Below, piece by piece: positions 26,491-39,669 of a stretch of DNA of 64,000 nt. Location of the stretch: contig NC_043000.1 of the NCBI RefSeq assembly GCF_006345805.1, forward strand, positions 155,186,001 to 155,250,000, read 5' to 3'. The position numbers were made by a program, and so were the translations under genes. Each line of letters opens with the position of its first letter. Position 1 is the stretch's first letter. The notes under the pieces were generated by a model. It did no database searches and was not told the DNA's origin. It was given only the letters and a program-made list of their open reading frames with translations. The DNA is from Octopus sinensis (lineage: Eukaryota).

Positions 26491-27891
26491 TGTATATACT
26501 TATACATATATATTCATATAAAAGTTTATGCATATATATATATGTGTGTGTGTGTTTGAAATTATTAAAGATGAATGAGTTAATTTCATCAGTATAAAGA
26601 AATAAATCGATGGTTTCTATAAAAATAGAGTCAATACAAATCTCACAAATTTGAACAATAAATATTTTTCCATTAAATTGATTTTATCTTCCTCTTTCAT
26701 ATTAAATATTTACAATTTCCTAACTTCTACTCTTGTACGATTTACTAATACATACAAGACATACTTTTGCTATCGTAATTATAGATTTATAGATATAATT
26801 TGACTACACTTCTCGAAATATTGGCCGCAGAGAAGTTAAATTATGACTCATTCATCCTTTCTCTTAAAATAACACATGCAGAAGCTACACAATGTTTACA
26901 ATTTTTAAAATACCTTTTGACACACAAACACACGCACATCATATATCTTATAGTCCCTTTCTCTAAGGTTAAACAACAATTAAACGATAAACCGGAAGAT
27001 TTATATATGTTTACGTAGTGACACTTCTAGTTTCTTTATGCTAAACCGAGCCGAAGTTTTCGTAAAGGGCATAACTCATTGCGTACAAATGCTAATAGTA
27101 GCGGGTGCCTTCTCTTGTGTATTTATAATATTATGTAAAACATATATGAAAAAATTAATTAGGAAAATTTAGCTTTCGTATTTGATTTGGAAGATTCTTA
27201 ATGTTAACTTTTGTGTTGATACAAATTTTGTTGTATTTCGGGATGGCTATTATGCCAATAGTAAACACATGCGCTGGCTCAATTTCACTCTTTATTATTT
27301 GTCTAGACAAGCTATTTAATCAGCTAACTATTTAAGTGTTTGATTAATAATAGTTAACAAATAAATCCATCAGTCTTCGTGGCCAAAGCCTTTCTGTCGC
27401 CATTCCAAGAAATGAGTTCAGGTTTGGGACAGGGCGGCCCTCAAGTAAAGTAGTTCATCTCACGCTTACGAAGTCCGCTCAGCTAAAAAAATTTGTATAT
27501 GTGTGTAAATCTGTAGACATACATTAATATATAAAATCGTGCGCGCCTGTGTATAAAGGCCATTGAGAGAGATGCTGCATTGCCACAAAGCATGCTTGAA
27601 AAGACAATCAACAGACTCTAATTATAACAAGCTCCCGCCTTAAAACGAGACGGTGTAAACTCCATTAGAAAACTTAGACAGAAGTTGCTCAATTAGAGCT
27701 AATCAATGGGAATTTTGGCTGCGCGGACGCATATATATATACATACATACATACAAACACACACACACACCACACACACACACACACAACACACACACAC
27801 ACATATATATATATATTATATATACATACATACATACATACATACTATATATATATATATATATATATATATTGTGTGTGTGTGTGTGTGC

Positions 27892-27935
<44 letters not shown>

Positions 27936-28085
27936 TATATATATATGTATATACAATGACGCTTTACTATAACGTTATATATTATCGACTGCAATTTTTC
28001 AGTAAATACTGGTGATTTGTTGTACCACTATTCTATATATATATGTATATATATATAGAAATATATATATATATATATAGGCATG

Positions 28086-28129
<44 letters not shown>

Positions 28130-28375
28130 TATGCATGTATATATATGTTTGTGTGTGTGCATGTGTGTGTGTATGTGTATACGATGTTTGATCACTTAGT
28201 ATCAGGTCTGTTGCCATAGTAACGACGCTAAAGCACGCAAAGAGAAGCGGCTAAGCAGAGATTCACCTTAAACTCTGCTGTGTATGCGCTCTGTGTTTTA
28301 ACCTTCTAGCTCACTTCCGCTGTTTACAGCAGTGCTTGGAAGGAACGTGTGTAGCGTGTGATCGTCGCATTGAAA

Positions 28376-28805
28376 ATGACAGGAAAATTTGTCATAGCGA
28401 TACCTACTCAGAAACTTACGCAATATTGCAGAAAGTGTATGGAGATGAGTGTATGAGCCGCCCACAAGTTTACGAGTGGTTCAGACATTTCCAAGATGGC
28501 CGATGAAATGTCGATATCGATGAACGTTCTGGAGACCCGCAACTAGCAGAAATGAGAAAAACATCGCCGATGTGCGTGCAGCTGTGAGCGAAAAATCGTC
28601 AAATCCCCGCCCGTGAGTTACCAGAGGATTTTTAGATTAGTTACGGCTCAGTTCAGTCCATTATCACTGAAGGTTTGGGTACGAGACGCGTATCTGCCAA
28701 GTTTGAACCACAACTGCTTTCAGGTGAGCAAAAAGACACTCGGGTTTCATTCGCACAAGATCTCCTTGATTGTGTCGAGATCGATGAAAACGTTTTCAAA
28801 ATTTT
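28376..28805 (+). pseudogene. Mariner transposase N-terminal fragment
   Basis: SETYAILQKVYGDECMSRPQVYEWFRHFQDGR*NVDIDERSG is the mariner HTH region, followed by ISYGSVQSIITEGLGTRRVSAKFEPQLLSGEQK. Stops and frameshifts. Confidence 0.85.
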
Positions 28806-29147
28806 TGCGTAGGCTCTGAGCAGGTATCGCCTATCATTTGGCAAAATATGATGCATATTCGCTGCTCGACCTTCTCTGTCATAGTCAATGCGATGATCAC
28901 ACAATGTAATAGGTATGCACTAGGAGTGCTCAATGTGGTTTACAACTATAACTTCGGCTTCAGCTGCTAATGAAAGTGTAATACTGACACTACATATCAG
29001 AGGTGGCTAGAAACGGTTTATATATATATATATATATACTGTATATATATATGCACACACACACACATATATATATATACGTATATATACATACATGTAT
29101 GTAGATAAAACTTACTTGGAAGAGGATGCGTGGCGTTCAACCATATA

Positions 29148-29209
<62 letters not shown>

Positions 29210-29444
29210 TATATACATACGTATATCTGCATACATCTATACGCATATATCTATGCATATGTGGGCACAGGACGTCACGAAACGTGTACAACTAAAAGTA
29301 CGAAGTACCAGTACATGGAATATGAAATATTTTTTTCGAACAACGAAAGACACAAATGGAAAACAAGAAAAAACTCACAAAGAACGACCCTTCATCAGTT
29401 GTTGGCTGTTCTTCTACTCTCGTATTTCGAGTATGTATATAATA

Positions 29445-29475
<31 letters not shown>

Positions 29476-29625
29476 CATATATATAAAGTTAATCAAAACA
29501 TGAAAACACAAAGAGAAAACACAACGGACCGCTTCGTCAGAAACATAGGAAAAGGAAGGATCCAGAGAAGGGAAGACATAGGTAAAAGAAACGCCAACGG
29601 TACACACGCGGTCACATTTTGAATG

Positions 29626-29666
<41 letters not shown>

Positions 29667-29678
29667 GAGAGAGAGATT

Positions 29679-29709
<31 letters not shown>

Positions 29710-29749
29710 GATAGATAGATAGATAGAAGATAGATAGATAGATAGATAG

Positions 29750-29857
<108 letters not shown>

Positions 29858-29985
29858 TGCATCAACCAATATATATGCATGAATGCATGCATCTATATAT
29901 GCATGCTTGTATGTATGTATGTATGTATGTATGTATGTATGTATGTATGTATGTATGTATGTATGCATGTATGTATGTACGTATG

Positions 29986-30509
29986 TCATTATTCAGCTCT
30001 CTTTCAAGATGTCTTGCCAACAGAGAAAGAGCCGGCTTCTAACCTAGATCTAAGATTCTTTCATTAGAATTTCAACAAAATCAACAGTGTACTTTTGTAT
30101 GTGTATTTGTGCAGTATTTGGAGCCCGTGCATGCGCAGATTTGTGTGTTTTGTTTTATGCATGTATTCTCATACATATAGTTACATGTCTAGACATGTGT
30201 CTATATACTTAAATGATAATCCTCTGTAATGTTTTACAGATATTTCAGTTTTAGTTGATCGCTTGGATCTGTAGTCTTCGAATCAGCTTTCTGGGTTTGA
30301 GAAGTCTAATTTCTGAAGATTGGTATTTAGAGAGTGTGTTACATATCCCAGTACCCCAGTGAATACAGTTATAAATCCGAACTTCTAATCTGGGTAGAAG
30401 AACTGTAGATTTCTCAATAGATCAGTAAAGGTATTTTCTTTTTCGCTGATCTGTAGCTTTATGTTAACATCCGCTGAGCAGCTGATTCCACAAATGTGCA
30501 CAATTTCTC
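29986..30509 (-). mobile_element. R4-like REL LINE family 3, 5'-truncated, embedded in (CATA)n
   Basis: Minus strand with frameshifts gives EKLCTFVE/ISCSADVNIKLQISEKENTFTDLLRNLQFFYPD*KFGFITVFTGVLGYV.../KLIRRLQIQAIN. This has the same REL layout as family 1 but is a distinct family. (TATG)n lies on both sides on the plus strand. Confidence 0.7.
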
Positions 30510-30960
30510 TATGTATGTATGTATGTACTTACGTACTACGTATGTACGTATGTATGTATGTATGTATGTATGTATGTATGTATGTATGTATGTATGTATG
30601 TATGTATGTATGCATGCATGTATGTATGCGTGTATGTATGTATGTATGTATGTATGTACTTACGTACTACGTATGTACGTATGTATGTATGTATGTATGT
30701 ATGTATGTATGTATGTATGTATGCATGCATGCATGTATGTTTGTATGGATGTATGTATGTGTAGGTGGGTACGTGTGTGTACACGATATTGTAAACAGCC
30801 ACTACAGATTGTTCGGGGGGATTAAGTCTTTGGCAAAGATGTCAGTCTTATGAGAAAGCTCGGATCAAATCGATTGCGTCTGCATATATGTGTGGGTGTA
30901 TATGTGCATGCCTCTTGGTGTATGTTTATGCATGTCTGTAAGATATAGATACTTCCTTTC

Positions 30961-31008
<48 letters not shown>

Positions 31009-31078
31009 AGTGTATATATATATGTATATATATATATATATATGTTTATATATATGTATATATCTAAACTATATCCAC

Positions 31079-31178
<100 letters not shown>

Positions 31179-31426
31179 TATATATATAAATGTTTCTATG
31201 TATGTAGGTATATATATATATATATATATTTATGTATGTATATTCAAAATATGGGTTACGCTAAGTAAGTGCTGTAACGGATCGCTATGGTTCCAAAGTT
31301 ATAGACGAGATGGTAGTTATGCAGCCATGGAAGATTTCCGATATAGCGGATATATGATTGTTAAAGAGGACGACAAAGTTAAGGCAAGGCGAACAACTCA
31401 AGTCATTTACAATATTATTATTATTA

Positions 31427-31474
<48 letters not shown>

Positions 31475-31487
31475 TATTATTATTATT

Positions 31488-32697
31488 CAGTAGTTTTATT
31501 TTTATTTTTATAGCGTGCTTTCACTTCACTACCGAGCGCAGCTCTGTGTGCCTTGGGTATGTGCTGTGATTTGTTATGATGCTCTGATGGTTATTGTATG
31601 GAAAGTGTTCTGCGTAGGATGTATGCAGTGCCTATAGTGCAATTTTCTGTATGTTATATGTGTTTGTAAGTCCTGGTGTGTTTTTGTTATGTATTTGTCT
31701 GAATATTTTTTTATCATGCCTAATGCACCTACTATGATAGGAATTGTTTCTGTTTTCAGATTCCACATTCTAGTTACCTCTATTTCCAGGTCTTTGTATT
31801 TTGAGAGTTTCTCCATTTCTTTTAGAGACACGTTGTCATCTGCCGGTATTGATACATCAATTAGAAATCATTTTTTTTCTTCATGATCTCTGACAACTAT
31901 ATCTGGTCTGTTGGCCTTAATTCTCTATCTGTGTGTATCGGCATATCCCAGAGTATGTTGCTTTCTCGTTTTCTGTGACCTTTTCTGTGCCTATACATCT
32001 TTTTTCTGTTGTTATTCCATAATGTTGGCATAGCTTCCAATGTATGTAAGTTCCAACTCTGCCATGTCTGTGAATATATTCCTTCTTAGCCAGGACTGGG
32101 CAGCTAGAGATAATATGATTTATTGTTTCTTGTCCATCTCCACATATTCTGCAGTTACTTGTAATATTTCTTTTCATTACATGTTTTTGGTAATTTCTGG
32201 TGGGGAGGCTTTGGTCTTGTGCTGCAATTAAAAATCCCTCTGTTTCTGCTTTGAGTCCTGAGCTTCTCAAACCATTGCTGGGATTTTTCTTTGTCTATTT
32301 CTTTTGCGTTTAGTTTAGTCCAGTATTTACCATGAAGGGGCTTTTCTTGCCATCGTTTTATCATGGTTCGTTGCTGTTCTATTTTTAGTTTGGATTTCAT
32401 TTTTTTATAGCTTTTGTTGTTCTTCATCATCTTCTTCTTCTTCATGTTTATTAGGTGGTATGATTTCTTGTTTGTATTTGTCAGCTTCCTTAAATACTGA
32501 GAACAGTTTTTTGTTTTGCTCGTGTTTTGCTGCTATCTGGATCATTTTCCTTCCTTCTGAAGTAGATATTTTTGCAGTCCTATGGTGGTTATTTTATAGT
32601 AGTTTTCCAGCTGTATAAGGCCTCTACACCTTCTATACGTTGTATATATAGTCTTTCTATGTCAGATTTTGGGTGATGCATCCTAGATCCTGTCATT
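31488..32697 (-). mobile_element. R4/Dong-type LINE family 1, longest copy (post-RT region, CCHC knuckle, REL, 3' UTR)
   Basis: MHHPKSDIERLY...KPLHGKYW...AETEGFLIAAQDQSL...CRICGDGQETINHIISSC (C-x2-C-x7-H-x4-C)...RPDIVV...IDVSIPADDN. Frameshifted. (ATT)n on both sides. Confidence 0.9.
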
Positions 32698-32925
32698 ATA
32701 TTATTATTATTATTATTTTATTATTATTATAGTATTATTATTATTATTATATTAATATTATTATCATTATTATTAAAAAATCCCAAAACACACAGCTGTT
32801 TCTGGAATATCCCTTACCCTGGGATATCCAGAGACAGCTGTAAGACTTAGAATTTTTGCCAATAATAATAAGGTATATGATTTGAGATGTTTACCTGCCT
32901 TAACGTTCGTTGTCCTCTTTAAACA

Positions 32926-33001
<76 letters not shown>

Positions 33002-33159
33002 CGTGTATATATATATATATAGTAATGTCTGTAGTCATTTCAACATGGCCGTTCCGACCGAACGTACTATTAGTACTACTGCATTCATCTCTTAGAAAGA
33101 TCTTAGAAGTAGCATTTTCCTTATATATATATATACATATATATATATCTGTGTGTGTG

Positions 33160-33214
<55 letters not shown>

Positions 33215-33576
33215 TATGTATATATATATATATGTATGTATATATATATATTATGTATCCCAGAACTTTAGAATTCTACTATTCTACTATTCTACTATTT
33301 TACTACCATCGGAGGATAAAATTACACAAATTTATATACAACCTGGCGAAAGAAATATAAACCAAAACCAAACCCAAGATTAGTTCTAAAATTAGTCTTG
33401 TGAGTAGAATTATTTTCTCTTGATTTGTATTAAACACATCACTCATTCTGATTGATACTAAATACACTGAACTCTCCCACACATACCCAGATATAGACAC
33501 ACATTTCCGAATATATCGACACATTTTCAACGGTGCATTCACTATTATACATCAAGCCATCAATAACTGACATACA

Positions 33577-34494
33577 GTGTATAATACTGTCCCACTGAAT
33601 GTGGCCAATAATATTCCAAAACGCCACTGGGTGAAAAACGAAATCAGTACACTGATAAACGCTTGGTACACTCACCATAACGATTGTGTAAAAGCTAATG
33701 TCTACAGTAAAATCGCTGAAAAATTAGAAAAACAATCCTTTTACAGATCTGTAAAACTGATCGAAAATAAAATAAAAGAGATCAAACGATCATTTCCTAT
33801 TTTCTACACGCACATGGCAACACTAGAAGCCATACTTTTCAATGGATGTAGTGCACCAAATGACCCAACTAAAACAGGTCAGGGGTCACTACAACGACCC
33901 GATAGCCAACAACAAACAACATCCTCATTGATATCGCTACCTGACCTAATTCCACCCAGCACTACCTTGGCAAGCCAGGACTCACTATCACAACAACATC
34001 AGCCTGCTACTGCTACTACATTGGAAGCACCTTGTTTGGCACCAGTATCTGACCCGATTCCACCCAGCCCTACTGTTGCAAGTCAAGTTTCACTACTGCT
34101 ACAGCAACAACAACTACAACACTCTGCTACTGCTACTACAATAGGACCACTGACCAACGAGCCTGCCAGAATAGAAAAACCTCTACTACACCCACGTCAA
34201 AAACCCTGTCGTTACCATTCTCAAGGCAACTGTAGAGTTGGCCCCTGCGGCATCAACAATAAGGGACGCTGTGCTTTTTTCCATCCTACATTATGTCGTA
34301 GACTTGTTAAGGGCACCTGTCCATATGTTATAACGGGAAAAAACTGCCCTCACCTCCACCCCGACTTAAGCCAGGAGATCCAACGAGCTATCAGCAACCA
34401 TTTATGCAAATCACAAGGACCACACACCCACTACCAACTAGAAAATCATACACACACAGCTCCATACAAAAACTACCCACATCGTTACCACTGA
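33577..34494 (+). CDS. LINE ORF1-like protein: Myb/SANT trihelix-like N-terminus, P/T/Q linker, two CCCH zinc fingers
   Basis: Uninterrupted 305-codon frame. The start is uncertain: it is called at GTG and the first ATG lies after the Myb region. Contains HWVKNEISTLINAW...VYSKIAEKL...RSVKLIENKIKEIKRSF, CRYHSQGNC...CAFFH and CRRLVKGTC...CPHLH. Confidence 0.6.
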   Translation: MYNTVPLNVANNIPKRHWVKNEISTLINAWYTHHNDCVKANVYSKIAEKLEKQSFYRSVKLIENKIKEIKRSFPIFYTHMATLEAILFNGCSAPNDPTKTGQGSLQRPDSQQQTTSSLISLPDLIPPSTTLASQDSLSQQHQPATATTLEAPCLAPVSDPIPPSPTVASQVSLLLQQQQLQHSATATTIGPLTNEPARIEKPLLHPRQKPCRYHSQGNCRVGPCGINNKGRCAFFHPTLCRRLVKGTCPYVITGKNCPHLHPDLSQEIQRAISNHLCKSQGPHTHYQLENHTHTAPYKNYPHRYH

Positions 34495-34539
34495 ACAATA
34501 TAAAACATAATATAGAACAATGCAAACATCAAACTACCA

Positions 34540-36323
34540 TTACTTCGACATTCCTGTTAAATGTACGTTGCATCAACCCATCAATCATTGCCCAAAAATG
34601 GAAGGTCCCATATATAGAGAGTTGGCTTGCCGAAACTGCACATTGTTTCCCTTTCTTTATCCTTACTGAAACTCGCCTAAACAACACACATAGGGATGCC
34701 GAGGTGAAAATAAAAGATTTCACCATCGTTCGTGCAGATCGCACAGACCGAAATAAAGGAGGGACAGCCATCTTTATCCATGACTCCTTTTCACTTGATA
34801 CCAAGGACATATTTTCCATTGGCTATTGTGAATCTATATCACTGTTCAACAAAGCCAAAGACATAATCCTTGTTGATAATTACAGTCCTCCCCAAGCACC
34901 TCTAAAGTGCTTTGAAGAGTGCCTTAACAAAATCAAGTCCTTCCTTCAAAAATACAATTCCGGAAATATACTAGTGAGTGATGGGTGATTTTAACCTCCC
35001 TCATATAAACTGGCCCACAAATACTCTGAAGTTAGGCAAATGCTCTACATCAGATAAAGCAGCGGCAGAATTACTCTTTAATCTAATGGATAAATTCTTC
35101 CTGACTCAGCTAGTGCTCGAACCAACAAGACAGAATAAAACGATCTTGGATCTAATATTAACCAACCACTCTAGCTTCGTTCACAGTATTTCAGTTGAAA
35201 AAATACTCCTCTCAGACCACGACTTGGTACTCTGCAATTTTAATTCCCGACATATAAAAACCAAACCAGCCAATCCCACTCCATGGCACTCATTTGACAA
35301 CATAAACTTCCACAAAGCGGACTGGGGAGCAATCAGAAAGAATCTATCTTTCATCGACTGGTCTTTTACTCTCAATCTCACCCAAATTGAGACCGCATAA
35401 ACGACCTTTCTAGGGTCGTAAATCACTGCAAAGTGAAACTATTTGCTAATGACACTAAACTCCAGCAAATCATCAATGAAGAAGTCCAAACCCAACTCCA
35501 GTCTGATCTATATGCTGTGAGTCAATGGGCAGAGAGAAACAAAATGCAACTGAACGAGGGAAAATTTGAGCTGATGCATTTTGGAAGAAATTCCTCACTA
35601 AAACAGCCATACTCTCTTCCTTCAGGGGAACCGCTCACAGCCTCTAACAATATCAGAGACCTGGGCGTAATTGTTGACGACGATCTTAGTTGGAGTGCAC
35701 ACATCAACAATAAGGTCGATATAGCTCGTAGGATGAGTTTCTGGATCTTAAGAACTTTCCGGTCCAGAGAACATGGTGTCGTCATACCACTTTTCTCCTC
35801 CTTTGTACGGCCACACCTCGAATACTGCTGCCCACTGTGGTCTCCCCATACAAGACAAAACATCTCGAGGATTGAATCACCCCAGAGGGCACTCACTAAA
35901 CGAATTGAAGGCATGACTGCTCTCGATTATTGGGACCGCCTTAAAGCCTTGAAACTCTACTCTCTCCAGCGTCGACGTGAACGGTACATCATTTGTACGA
36001 TGTGGAGAATATACCGCCAACTTTGCCTAAATGACCTGAACATTAGCTTCAAGGTTCATCCAAGACTGGGACCACGGGCCATACGTCCCCTGCCTAATTC
36101 AAGATCACAGCATACATGTACACTGCAACATAATTTCTTTTACTCAACAGGCCCTGTCTTATTTAACATTGTCCCGAAAGAGATCAAAGAGGAAAAGGAT
36201 CCCATCAAATTTAAACGGAGTCTGGATAGATTACTTCAAGAAATACCAGATAAGCCACCCATAATTGGATACAACTCACCCAACAAAAACTCACTATTTG
36301 AATGGACCATAAACAAAACTTGA
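34540..36323 (+). pseudogene. ORF2 remnant: AP endonuclease, large deletion, RT C-terminus
   Basis: APE motifs LLNVRCI, LTET, DR..GG, Y.PP, GDFN, LDL and SDH, with a frameshift at about 34978. Junction at about 35396 jumps to INDL...KLFANDTKL, with catalytic FADD changed to FAND. Followed by RDLGV, VRPHLEYC and LQRRRER motifs of CR1-group ORF2. Confidence 0.9.
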
Positions 36324-36421
36324 CTTAAACAGGATTTAGATAATCCTATCAGGTGGTGCTATTAAGTTAGACATGGCCTGGACCAATCTTTGGTCGAAAC
36401 ATATCTAAGTTTTATCTAAGT

Positions 36422-36500
<79 letters not shown>

Positions 36501-36515
36501 TATACATACATATGC

Positions 36516-36992
<477 letters not shown>

Positions 36993-37040
36993 CACACACA
37001 CACACACACACAAAGACAGAGGCTCACACACACATACACT

Positions 37041-37158
37041 TTGGTCGGCTTGAAGCTATAGTAGAAGGCACCTGGACAGTGTGCCACGCAGTAGGACTGA
37101 ACCCGGATCTACATGGTTGGGAAACAAACTTCTTACGACACAGCTACGCTTGCGCCGC
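37041..37158 (-). mobile_element. SINE family B head fragment
   Basis: GGCGCAAGCGTAGCTGTGTCGTAAGAAG...GGGTTCAGTCCTACTGCGTGGCAC. Confidence 0.75.
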
Positions 37159-37191
37159 CTCCCCCCTCTTTCTAGATATATGGTAAGTATT

Positions 37192-37599
37192 GGCGCAGGC
37201 ATGTCTGTGTAATAAGAAGCTAACCTCCCAACCACATGGTTCCGGGTTCAGTCTCACTGCGTGACACTTTGGACAGGTGATGTCTACTATGGCATCGGTC
37301 CGACTAAAGCCTTGTTAGTGGATTTGGTAGATGGAAACTGAAAGAAGGCCTGTTGTATTATATATATATATATAATATATATATATATTATATATATATA
37401 TGTATGTATGTGTGTGTGTGTGTGAAGTATATATTTGCCACTTAAATGTGGCTAACCACTAAGGGTGGATGTTACTGTAGCTTGTAGCCACAGGAGGGGA
37501 ATATATTTCTAATATACCTGCAAAGGGAAATATACTTAAGTGGCAAATATACTTCATATTGTCGTGCAGCTACTGTTTATACCTCGTTCAGAGATTTAT

Positions 37600-37668
<69 letters not shown>

Positions 37669-37865
37669 TGTGTTTGTTTGTTCCCCCACCATCGCTTGAC
37701 AACCAATGTTGGTGTGTTTATGTCCCCGTAAATTAACTATTCCGCAAAAGAGACCGATAGAATAAGTTGTAGGCTTACAAAGAATAAGTCCTGGGTTCAT
37801 TCGTTCGACTAAAGGTGGTGCTCCAGCATGGCCGCAGTCAAATGACTGAAGCAAATAAAAGAATA
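37192..37865 (+). mobile_element. SINE family B with a hairpin element nested in its linker
   Basis: Head at 37192, linker interrupted by an inverted-repeat insert at 37424-37601, 3' half at 37680-37865. Confidence 0.85.
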
Positions 37866-37958
37866 GAATATATATGTGAGAGAGAGAGAAAGAGAGAGAG
37901 AGAGAGTGAGAGAGAGAGAGAGATTGTGTGCGTGCGTGAGATAGTGAGGCACAGAGAG

Positions 37959-38002
<44 letters not shown>

Positions 38003-39443
38003 GTGTGTGTAGGAGTGAAAGACGGTCGATATAGAAATAATGAATGGATGTAGGTAGGAAGGCACAATGAGTAATAAGGTCCTTTATTGTTAAGAAGACT
38101 AACTCTGCTGATACCAACAGCTGGACAGCATACAATCATCCCTGACTATCTTCACTTTGCGAAGGTTATTTATATCTTATAATTTACCCTGTGGTTCTTA
38201 GCTTTCAGTATTGTTTAGCAGAATTAAAGTACATCATATATAAAAGTTGGTGGTATTTTTTCCTTCCTGTAGAGAGTATGTGAAGTATTTTGTTACTCTA
38301 AGCGTTATAAGCGAGAGCTTTTTGTCATGTGTGTGTGTGTCTGTGCACGGGTGTATGTGCGTGCGTACGTGTGTGTGTATGTATGTATGTGTGTGTGCGT
38401 GTTCCTGCTCTGATATATTTATATTTATCTGAGTTTATGTCTAACGTTACTGTTATCTCCTTCTGTATATGTATCAATGTGAACGAAAAAAATATGGAAA
38501 AAAAAACGAAAAAGAATTAAAAAAAAAATATTTATAAAAGCAACAACATGCCGACACGTGCCTCTGCAGAAGACGTTCACCGTTTTCTTCTTCAATTATT
38601 TAATAAGAACTTTCTGGAGTGGATTATTTTTGAATCCAAGGGGTAGCCAATTTGTCGCTTGGTTAAGACAGGTCGGTATCCTCTATATCTTTCAAATCAT
38701 ACCACACTTCCGGAGAATTCAAATTCCCAAAGCACATGTTAGGTTCATAATTAATTAACCAGATTTTAATCGGTTTCTAAAATCAAAGAAAATATACTGT
38801 CGCCAACATCAATCTTGTTTATGAAAACTTACTAATTGGTCATAATTTTCAAATCAGTATGACTAAATCTACCCGTCCGTTCGTCCCTCCATGCACGCAC
38901 AGACACAGACACGCAGACACAGACACACACACACACATACATACACATACAAACACATTACGTGAAATAGAAATTTGTGATGCATATGTCTTTTCCAATA
39001 ATAATTGTAAGAATCAGTTTCACTTGGAAACCAGAACTGGAAATTAAACTCTTTACTCTCTGTAAGCAACATAATACTAAAATCAACCACAAGCTGTAAA
39101 ATTAAAGTACAAATAGTTTTAATATATATTACTTACGTCGTCATAGGCCACACATTTATAGTGAAATACTACAAATTGGCTGACAGATATTTCTAGGATA
39201 TTTTTGGTACGTATTTTATGGATCTAATTTAAATGTGAACTTGGCAGGCGCTGAATGCATAGTATAGACGCTCAGTTAAAACATCTCTATGCCAATTAAA
39301 CTAAATAATGACTACATTTAAATATAATAAACAGAAGGCCAATTTATGCTTGCATGTGGCCAATATCCATTGATATATATATATATCCAATGGATATATA
39401 TATATATATATCAATGGAATATATATATATATATATATATATA

Positions 39444-39490
<47 letters not shown>

Positions 39491-39597
39491 TATATCAATG
39501 GATATATTATATATATAAGTAGGTGAATGAATTATCCTACGTTTATCGTCAGCATGGAAGGAATTTTGTTAACATCTTCGTTCGACCTCATTCTTTC

Positions 39598-39669
<72 letters not shown>

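Larger units (their letters stand above)
33310..36421 (+). mobile_element. CR1-group LINE with ORF1 and internally deleted ORF2 (5' boundary approximate)
   Basis: ORF1 at 33577-34494, AP endonuclease, RT C-terminal half, 3' UTR stem-loop and a (TATCTAAGTT)2 tail abutting (TA)n. Confidence 0.9.
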
